Origin: Mytilus trossulus
Lineage: Eukaryota
DNA length: 64,000 bases
Direction: 5' to 3'
NCBI RefSeq assembly: GCF_036588685.1
Contig: NC_086385.1
Coordinates: forward strand, 14,407,216 to 14,471,215
The notes beneath the pieces are model-generated. The model was not told the origin of the DNA. It did not search any database and saw nothing but the letters and a program-made list of their open reading frames with translations. Shown in pieces: positions 27,786 to 38,200 of this stretch (position 1 is the stretch's first letter; each line of letters begins with the position of its first letter). The position numbers and the translations under genes are program-made.

Positions 27786-30242
27786 GCTTAGTCAGATTTT
27801 TTTTTAAATTTGAAGTATCATATGACATGGAGAGCTGTCTTATTGTCAATCATACTACATCTTCTCATTCTAATAAATTTATTTTGCCTATTTAAAAACT
27901 TTTCTCCCTTGGACACATATAGATGTCTAGCCTGATTATTTGATTTGTAATAATAGAGGGAGAAAGAAGTTATATAGAGTGGGGTTTGTAATAAAAGAGG
28001 GAGTATAAAAGTTATATAAATTTTGAAAAACAAACAAGTTGTCACTTGATTACCAATTAAAATTATCTAATATTTAAACCTGTTTATTTAATAATTTCAA
28101 ATAATCCTTAAATCTGATTATTTTGACTGAAACTTGTCTGATTTGTTTATTTCTCACCCAATTGCCATTGTAAACAATTGTATGGAATTTGTGATTATAA
28201 ATTAAAATAGACTGCTCAATTGATTAGTCAAATGTGTTATTTTTTACATGTGAATAATTAATTTGGAATTTGTGATTAAATTTGATTTAAAGAAAAGACT
28301 GCTCAATTAGATAAGTGGATTTGTCAATTTGACTTTATATTTGTTTTGTAAACAAGAAGAATTTTTGTGTTTTGGGACATATTTGAGTAGTTTAAGGATT
28401 ATAGTGTGAAATACACATACATTGGATATTGTCATGAAGCCAGTTATAGGAGGTAAGAAACACATAAAAATGATTTGATTTAATTTTATAGCTTCTTTTT
28501 TTTAAATGCATAAATGTATTATATGGATTTTTGAGAATGGAAAATGATATAAAAATAATTATTACCATTCCAGTAAAATGTTGCATAATTTGCCAAAACA
28601 AAAATAGATTTTTTTAATGCATTTTTTTTACAAAATTTGATAATTTAAAATTTTTGTCCTTTTTGTAAGAAATACAATCATACATGAATGCAAAATTCCT
28701 GAATTGTAATTTATATATTCTTCAATGCACATGTATACCCATTGGGGTTGAAATAAATTGTAAATTCATAAAATGCATTAAATCGTAAAATAAACAACAT
28801 AAAACCTTTATTTTGTATAATTGAAAAAACTATTTATCATATAACCCATTCAAGTTTTTTTTAAATATTTTGCTTCTTGTTCTCCAATGTTGATATATTA
28901 GCTCTATTTTTCATCATATTTATGATATTCTCTATTTTTAAAATCACATCTTTGATTATAGCTAAACTTTTTAGAGAGGGGAGAGGGGATGTGGTGCACA
29001 ATAATTTTACGATTTATTCTAGTCCATATAAAAAAAGTGTTTAAATACCAGTTATTTAATGAATACTTCAATTACAAAACTCCTGGCACTAAAAGAACCT
29101 TAATGATAAAATCAATTTTGATAATAGTTTTGTCTTTAATTATTCTAGCTGTATTGTAAAATATATAATTATATAAACAATTAACGCTTCACCCCTACGA
29201 ACCCTGTTGGCTTTGTTTGTTTTTATCCCAGCAATCAATTAGGTTAATACAAGTATGTTGTGAGAATTCTAAAAATAGAATATTCATGGCTATCTTATAA
29301 CTAGTATTTATATTTGTCAACAAGAAGTTTGTTTACGTGTTTGTTACATGTAATTATGTGCGGAAATGAATGTAGTGGCGTGTGATAACCTCGGGTGAGT
29401 ATTTGATGACATCATTGACCTGAAAAGTTGTAAATTTCATATTAGGAAATAGATAACTTGATTGAGTTGCGGTCAATCATCAAAAAGTTGTAAATTTCGA
29501 AATCGATATTTTCAAAGTGTTTTATCAAGGATAAGAATTGATATTAAAAGTGTTTTTACACAGAGAGTGTTCAGATAAAATTTATTCATAAGGTTATCAA
29601 AAAAGTTTCAAAAAGGGAAAAAGAAAAAGAAGTTAGGTATGATAAAGTTACTTTTATTTGACCCTTTGAATTTTGAAAGTTTTTAAATCTATCAAAAATA
29701 CATTTTTATAGAAAGAAAAATTGTTTTTGAATTATGTACTAAAAATGTGAAATATCATTTAAGGCTTGACTCATATCTATATTCAAAAAAATATCATGAT
29801 ATGGCCATATTAGGTCAAATGCATCAATTTAGTCTTATTTTTAAACGTTTATGACAATAACATATTAAAAGTCTTGAGTGATGGCTTGTATAATAACTCC
29901 TCTTTTATTTGACACACTGACTTTAAATCATTACTATATTTGAATATTTGAATTGTTCATTTTTATACTTTTTTTTACTTCATCTTTTTCCCCCCCATTA
30001 ATTTGAGAAAATGAAATAGAAAAATTCAAAGTTTATGAATGAATGAATGAATCTTTATTGCAAAAGAATTAATTTCCTATGGCAAAATAAACAACACTTA
30101 TTAATATTATTATTTAGTTGATAGTTTAAATTAAAAAAAATCTTTCCAATTTACAGTTTAATTATTTGAGGACCTCAATTTCATCATGATCAGTAAAGGT
30201 TTGATTCCAAGGTGTAAAAATGTAATTAAGATTCACATTAAA

Positions 30243-30446
30243 GAGGGGCGTAATGGGGAACAGGGGGTATCTGAATGGAAGAACGTGAAATAAAATTGCC
30301 ATTTCAAGCGCGTAAAAATAAAAAATGTCTTGCATGTGTTGATCTTTCACGAAACACAGTGAATAATACAAACCTTTTTCACGGCTGCACATGAAATAAG
30401 AATGGCAAAACAGGTTGCACGAAAATGCAACCCTTTACCACCCTCA
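30243..30446. mobile_element. MITE with GAGGG...CCCTC ends; inverted second copy at about 33975-34180
   Basis: Shared aaacctttttcacggctgcac and gaaataaaattgc.atttca between copies. Confidence 0.6.
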
Positions 30447-31004
30447 TTAAACTTTGATTCACCTCAGGAAGTAAAATTAATGTTTCTTATGTAAAAGACA
30501 TTTTGTGTGTAATTTTATTGATGTAATCTGGTTAAATGGTAATTTGTTTTTCCTTATTTTCATTAAATAAGCTGGAAAATTGACAATTGTTGTTTTTGAA
30601 TTGTTATTCATAGCAAGGATTTGTATACTATACAAACACTTGATCATTGGTATTTGTTTATATATAAGAAATTTAAACATAAACGAACATAAAGATATTA
30701 TTATTTATACAACACCCTTTGAACTTTAATTAATTAAAGTATTTTAGTTTACTTTGATTGTACTTAACAAAAAAGGAAGAATTTTAATTGAACATGAAGA
30801 TTGGTTTAAAAAAAAGTCCCCTGTTAAACCTTAAAACCTTAATTAATGATAGATATTTTAGGTATTTTGATTGTATTTAAAAAATTAAAAAAAAGAACAG
30901 AACATTTATTTATTTACACACTTACCATCTAAACCTTAATATCATTCATAGGTCAAAGTTTATAAGAAGAAAAAGAGAGCAGAAAAGAGGGGAGGGAGTC
31001 GGCA

Positions 31005-31338
31005 GACTTTTCTACATTGGCTAGAGGTATAGGGAGGGGGTTGAGATCTCAAAAACATGTTTAACCCGGCTGCAATTTTGCACCTGTCCGTCAGGAGCCT
31101 CTGGCCTTTGTTAGTCTTGTAATTTTTTATTTTAGTTTCTTGTGTATAATTCAGAGTTTAGTATGACATCCATTATCACTGAACTAGTATATATTTGTTT
31201 AGGGGCCAGCCGAAGGACTCCTCTGGGTGCGGGAGTTTCTCACTACATTGAAGACCCATTGGTGACTTTCAGCTGTTGTCTGCTCTATGGTGGGGTTGTT
31301 GTCGCTTTGACACATTCCCCATTTCCTTGCTCAATATT
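31005..31338 (+). mobile_element. Family A retroposon copy
   Basis: Colinear with 26243-26581. Confidence 0.8.
31019..31106 (+). ncRNA. Decayed twister ribozyme (family A copy)
   Basis: Same layout as 26256 but CAA deleted from loop 4 and GAGGG altered. Confidence 0.6.
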
Positions 31339-31602
31339 TTTTCGTGCCCCACCTACGATAATAGAGGGGCATTATGTTTTCTGGTCTGTGTGTCCGTTCG
31401 TCCAGCCATCTGTCCAGCTCAGGTAAAAGTTTTTGGTCAAGGTACTCCAATCGACTTCAAATTAGTACACATGTTCCCTATGATATGTTATTTCTAATTT
31501 TAATGCCAAATAAGAGTTTTTACCCCAATTTCACGGTCCACTGAACATGGAAAATGATAGTGCGAGTGGGGCATTCGTGTACTGAGGACACATTCTTGTT
31601 TT
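31338..31602 (+). mobile_element. Short HINE-like element, inserted in the T-tail of a family A copy
   Basis: Colinear with 16220-16517; a decayed third copy lies near 20790-20950. Confidence 0.8.
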
Positions 31603-32869
31603 GTATTTGTTTCAAATAGTCAAATCATTTATACAAAGTTTAATTGATTTGATTTTTAGTTAAAATTGAAATTAAGCAACTTTCATTGGACCATTTTCAG
31701 ACTTGGTTTAATTTTCTGTGTAATGACATATTTTTATGGAGACCATGATCTACTTGTTGACATTTTATCTCTTTTATCTGTGTTGTCCAATGTTAGATAA
31801 GGTTTAAAGATCAATATTTAGAGAAGCTAAATTCCAATGAAGACACCTATAGAGATATAGGCTACTAATAATAACAAGGGATCAACATTCTTAAGTTAAC
31901 GGCCGATCATCCACGCTTCATTTAGTTTGAAGTTACATAAATTTTATATAAACAACTTATGAAAATTTGTTTGTTTTTGTATGACCAATATTTGGGGATG
32001 ATTTTGGCCCAACAGATTCAGACACCTAGGAGAGGGTGGTGGGCTACTAACAATATTCTTATGTCAACATCTGATCAAACATGCTTTATTGAGTTTTGAA
32101 TTACATTAATTTCATAAACAATTTATGTAAATTATAATCCTGGTACCTTTGATAACTACTTGTATGACCAATATCTGATGATGATTTTGGCCCAAACAGT
32201 TTCTGAACAATATGAAGAACACATAAAGATAAAAATGTCCAATTAACCATGTAACATTCAGTTTTAACATATACAGCAAAGCATTCAATGTAACATCCAA
32301 AAAGAAAACTTGAAAATAAGAAACCAAAAAAAAGTAATTTTGTAAATGTGTCAATAAAACCACCTCTTTCAATTTTTTCGAATACAAATCAAATATTTGT
32401 CATTGTATGAGATGTGTACTAATTAATAGGTACTATATATAATAACTATCTACAATCTTTGTTTGACAAATGAATTTTAAGTCTAAAATCAAATATTAAA
32501 TGAAGATTTTAAAATATTACATGTAAATGTTAAAGAATATATGTGGCACTATAAAAACCAATGGCTAAAGAGGAACTATTTTTATTGAATGTCAGTTACA
32601 ATCTGAACTGTCTTGTAAGAGACAGTTCTTTTATACAACTACCAACGTGACTTAAATTTAGAAAGAATTTTGTTTATGATATGTAGGTACTTACTTTTAG
32701 AAAGCCCAAAGCCACAAATAACATGGTAACCTAAACAGTGACCATTACTTTTGGTCCAATATACTTAACATTAGGTTAATTAATTAAAGCAAACTATTAA
32801 AGTTTAATTAACTGACCACAACACGATGACCACAATGTGTCACTAAATGAAAAAGCAATTGTCATAAAC

Positions 32870-32952
32870 ATTGGTGGCCTTCAGCTGTTGTTTGCTCTAT
32901 GGTCGGGTTGTTGTCGCTTTGACACATTCACCATTTCCTTTCTCAATTTTAA
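32870..32952 (+). mobile_element. Family A end fragment
   Basis: ttggtggccttcagctg...ccatttcctttctcaattttaa. Confidence 0.7.
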
Positions 32953-33141
32953 TGAACATCCCTAAAGCAAAAGCATGTACATATATAGAAAGTCATGTTT
33001 GTAGTTTAACAATAATACATACTTTAAAACAATTGTGTACAAATTATATTTAATAATTTCAATTCTTTCAATCACTGCATAGTGCTACATTTAATATCTG
33101 TCAGAGTACTTTGAACTTAACAGGGTGTCAAATGTTAAATA

Positions 33142-33352
33142 CTGTGGATATAATATTATTCTTGGATACCAATTCTCTTGGGTTTTTGAGGGTACACTGT
33201 TGAAGCATGAATACATAAATGTTCAACAAATGACAAAATTTCCATAGGTTTGGTAAACAGAGATTGGCAAATCACGAAATCAAATACCCAGGAAAATGCA
33301 AGTTTTCCTCAATCCAGAAAATAGATACCCACGAAAATAAATGAATTCACAG
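33142..33352. mobile_element. TA-flanked MITE copy
   Basis: Same family as 23980. Confidence 0.7.
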
Positions 33353-35239
33353 TATGGCAGCTCACATGATAACAGCACTTACTGCAGTACAACATGCCTC
33401 ACTTGCAACCTGTAGTAATCAGAATTAAAGCTGTGTTTGACTTGAGCAATTTATTTTAAAAAAATTTACAAAAAAAAAAGTCATGAACATCTCCAATACA
33501 GTATTTACTTACAATCAGTTTTTTTCATAAGATTTTTCAGTAAGAAGGAGTCACAGACTTTTTTTTTCTTCAAGGCTACTTGCAGCAATTAGCGTATCCC
33601 ATTAAAACAGTCTTTGGTTTTCTTTGCTTTTGAGTTATAAGATCAAATATTGTATTAATTATTGCTAGTTTGGCTGTAGGATATTAACATTACTTTAAAT
33701 CAAATAAGAGCTCAGAATATTTAATTTGTGTTTGTTGAAAATTTCAATGTGTTTTTTACTGGATATCTTAAGTTCCCACGATGCTAATTTGATTTTTATC
33801 TTTTTATCTTTTTTTGTCAAATCTGCACAATATATGCATTAACATTCACTTGCATATATAATTTTATTATTTTTCATTTTAATTACTTTTCCGTGTTTCC
33901 TCTTGGTGTAAGACTGTACTTGCAAAAACTTTAATTTCAAGTTGAATTTGCACTTTTCCAAATAAATATTAAAAGAGGGTCAGATAAAGGGTTATTTTCG
34001 TGCAATGTGTTTTGCTATTTTTATTTCACGTGCAGCCGTGAAAAAGGTTTGTTATTCACAGTGTTTTGTGAAATTGGTAAAAAGATCAATGTGCAAATTT
34101 TGTTGACTTGTTCGTTCATAGTGAAATAGCAATTTTATTTCATGTTCTTCTGTGTATATACCCCCCTTTACCCCCCTCTTAAAACTTGTTGATTTCCTGT
34201 TAGGTAAGGGAAGGCAAACTTAAAATAACAACATTATGTAATTTTGAATTACAATAAAATCGATGAATATGGAAACCTATACAGTTTATATATATGTACA
34301 AATTAATCTTATCTGTTGTCAATCTTGTTCATAAATTTTAAGAATCCAATAAATTTTTTGAGGACAAAGGTTTTTAGGTGTGAAGGTTATTGTTGTCACT
34401 TTGATATATAGGACTTGAGGATATGAAAATTTCACACAGGGGTTGATGTTTAAGGTTTGTTGTTTTTATTTATATATCTATGTGACTTATTGGAATATGT
34501 CAAACCATGTTAACATGATTATGGGTAAGTGTGATATGGGTATATATAGATGTAAGATAGCAACCCAACAAGACTCTCAATTTAGATTTTTTTTTAATTT
34601 TTTGAAAAAATGCACACTGAAAACAGTTTGTCTCAGGAGTAAACAGATAGCTGTTTTAATAATATTTTTAAATATGGAAGAAGTTGCATAATTTCTTTCT
34701 TGTGCTTGAAATTTTTACTGAATTCTATGTTTATTCTGTATAATAATGTTCTGTGCTGCGTACATCATTACAAAGAAGATAGCACATTTTTAATAGAATG
34801 TACTGTACAAGTCACTATCTATTCAAAATACATTGTGACAGTGTGGAAAGTGTTATGCACCCCTCAAAACATTATAATACAGAATATACATGGAATTTAT
34901 CTAAAATTTCAAACACAAGAAATTATGCAAATTTCAAAATTAAAAGTAATTCCATTACTTCAAATAAAAGTCACTAAATATAGAACCAAATATATTTATA
35001 ACAAATTAAATTTACACCAATAAAATATATAGGTATATATAGAGCAAGGTCATTGGGGTCATCAGGTGCAAAGTTGTAATGCCTACAGGACTTGTAGGTA
35101 TGAATAAACAAGTCACACAGGGGTCAGATGATATGTTTGTAATTTTTATTTATATCCACAAACTAATGTGAAGAAATTTCTTTTGACCTATTAATTATTC
35201 TATTTCATTTTTTCAGACTTCCCTCTATGTAAGAAGACA

Positions 35240-35275
35240 ATGGCTTTACTTGGAAGAGACAACAGCGAAGATCTG
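35240..35275 (+). CDS. SLC4A2: SLC4 first coding exon ([12 protein letters not shown]); exon starts at 35217
   Basis: Acceptor tttcatttttttcAG ends 35216; ATG in ACAATGG context; donor CTG|GTTTGT phase 0, in frame with next exon. Confidence 0.65.
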
Positions 35276-38200
35276 GTTTGTATTATTCCAAGAAGTAGAG
35301 TTATTCCCCTTGTATACTTTAATTATAATCTTTATTTGTTATAAAAGTAACATTATACTTGTAACATATAAACAAAAGTAACAACAACAATAATATAACT
35401 GAGTTGAACACACACATATCTAAATATATTATATACAAGTAAAATGAAGGAGAGTGGTTTCCCCTTGTTTACCACTTTTATAAAGGAGAGTTATTTCCCC
35501 TTGTTCACTATTTTTATGAATGAGATTTATTTCCCCTTATGTATTTCTTGCCAGGATGAACACAAATTGCAGTTAAAAAAATCTTTTCATTTGTCCATAT
35601 TAATCATTTCATTTGTATCATTAATCAAGGCAATAGAATACGTCAAAGATATAAACTGAATTGAGAATTTTTATATTGACCCGACATAAAACATAGTAAA
35701 ACATATTCCTCATAAACCACAATCAGCATAAAACAGTTTGTGTTTGCATAAGATTAATAAAACATATTTCAAATAAATCACCACCATTACGTAACCTTAT
35801 ATTACGACAATGGTAGCAAAATTGAATACACTCAAGTAAAACTATTATAAAAAAGAAGATGTGGTGTGACCGTATGATTGCCAATGAGACAACTCTTCAC
35901 AAGAGACCAAATGACACAGAAATTTACAACTATAGGTCACCATACAGCCTTCAACAATGTGCAAAATGACAAATTTAAAACATTTAAAATGAGGAAACTA
36001 TTGGCCCAATTTATGTACAAAACAATGAAGGAAAAAGAAATATGTAACACATCAACAAACTACAACCCCTGAATTACAGGCTCCTGACTTTGGACAGGCA
36101 CATACAAGCAAAATGTGGTGGGTTTAAACATATAAGCAGGTTCCCAATCCTTCCCATAAGCATGAATTGTACACTTTTGTTATAACTTTATACTGCATTT
36201 ACATGTATATTGAAGAAACACAAAATATTGAAATGCTTTTTTCTCTTTACAGAATTATATTAAAGAAACAGAACCATTTCTCTCAACATCATCTAGTCAT
36301 GGGGGAAACCTCGAGTCTAATGGCAGACAAGATATTGCTCTCTTGCCAGGCCCTATTCCTTGCGTTTCGACGGCACCTGTACCATTTTCCCAGTTAGAGG
36401 AAGAGAGTAGGCCCCGTCTTTCAAGCTTCAGGAGTTCTTTTAACGAAGATGTCGAAAAACTGTTTTCTATGCCGGAGAAGTTTGACATTGCAGCACTATC
36501 ATCTGGGTCAGAGCTTGTTACTTCTAACCGTAGTGACCCTAACTTCCAGATTGGTGCTCAAGTTATGGAGAAGCAATTCCTAGATGATATTGAAGTTGAG
36601 AACTTTTCAAGTAAGATGATATGGGTTTATTAATACTCATCATAGACAGCTTAAATTGTTTTATATTATCAATAGGGGAAACCATTAACTTGTATACTGT
36701 TCGCTGACTCAATTTCAGTTACTGTACTATAAATTTAGAAATTATAGCGATGTTTTTATTATTGCGAAAAATGCCACAGGCTGATTATGAATCGCAATAA
36801 TTTTAACTCGCATTTTGAAATTTTTTATATGAGTTACGCTGGACTTTTCTGAAGATCTCAAAAATTAAAATGTCATTTAGTCTAAAATGACAAAATTGCA
36901 ATAATAAATGTAGCAGGTAGGAAAAAAATGAAAATTTGAATCTTCACAAATAGGTAAATCTTTGAGATTCTCTTTTATATATAACAACAACAAAATTAGA
37001 AAAATTATAGCCATGAAATCAGGGAATAAATGCTGAACATTAAAAACTTAGAGAGGAACTGAATCCAACAGGAAAAGTTGACCTTTAATTGATTCAGGTC
37101 TCATATAGCTTTTCATAAACATTCTTTGCTTTCAATTATTTGGCTTTAAGAGTTTTTGCCAAAGTTAAATCATGAAATGTGCTTCCAAAACATGAAATTT
37201 ATAAAATATAATTTTGATTTTTTACAGACCATCGAACCTCTAGATTTCCTCATCAGCACCACCCACTTAAAGCCATGAGGAGTAAATCGTTTAAACATGC
37301 CCCTCCATCTCAGGAAAAAGTAAAGAAAAAGAAGAAGAAGAAGAAAAGAAAAATGAAGACTCCTAAAAGTTTTCCCTCTCGATCGGCGATATTGTCACCT
37401 ACCATTCATGAAGTCGAGAATGAAGAAGATCATGTAAGATTTGTTTTGACAGCTTATTAGAAAATATCTCTTGTTGCTCTTTATGGTTGGGTTGATGTCT
37501 TATTGACATTTAGTCCAGCCTTTGCCTCAGTGACTATATTTTTTTAATTTTTTTTTTAAATGAGTCACTGAGGCCAAGGCTGGACTAATTGACATTTACC
37601 TACGTCTCCCTTTATTCACACACAGCATAATCTTCAGCAACTAAAATGAATGACGCAGGGTTTAAGCTAGGATTTTGAGGGCTTTAGTCACTTTTGCGCG
37701 CCATGGAAATCAACCTTTTTTTTGTGTAACAGCAAGGTACCAAGGATGTTTGTTACTAGCTTCATCTTTGACTCTGTCAGATTTTAAGGACTTGTAGCTA
37801 TATAGGCATGACTGGCAGTCAGTATTGTATGATTTGACTGTATTGCCCTTATTATGAAAGATTCTGACATGGATGTGGAAACTTAGTTCACAATATTCTC
37901 TTCAGTTTGTTCCAGAGGACATTCCTGAACAACACAAGTTGGATTCGTTTGTTTTAAACAAGGAATCACAGTAGAAATTAACTTGCAATGATTTTATCAC
38001 TGCATAATCATTATCCTTATAAATCGTCTAAATCGAAATCTGGAAATCATTTCTATTAAGTTGGATGTATAAAATCCTTTTTGGAACTAGTATAACGACT
38101 GAAAGGAGGTTGTAAACAAATCAAGAATAGATAACGTTTTCTACTTTCGGTTTTAAAATGAAACGAAAACGGGAAGTGACACGTGAATAGTAAATTCAAA

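Noticed and set aside
37120-37200. Possible remnant of another hammerhead-bearing repeat
   Set aside because: No intact CTGANGA core; too decayed to support.
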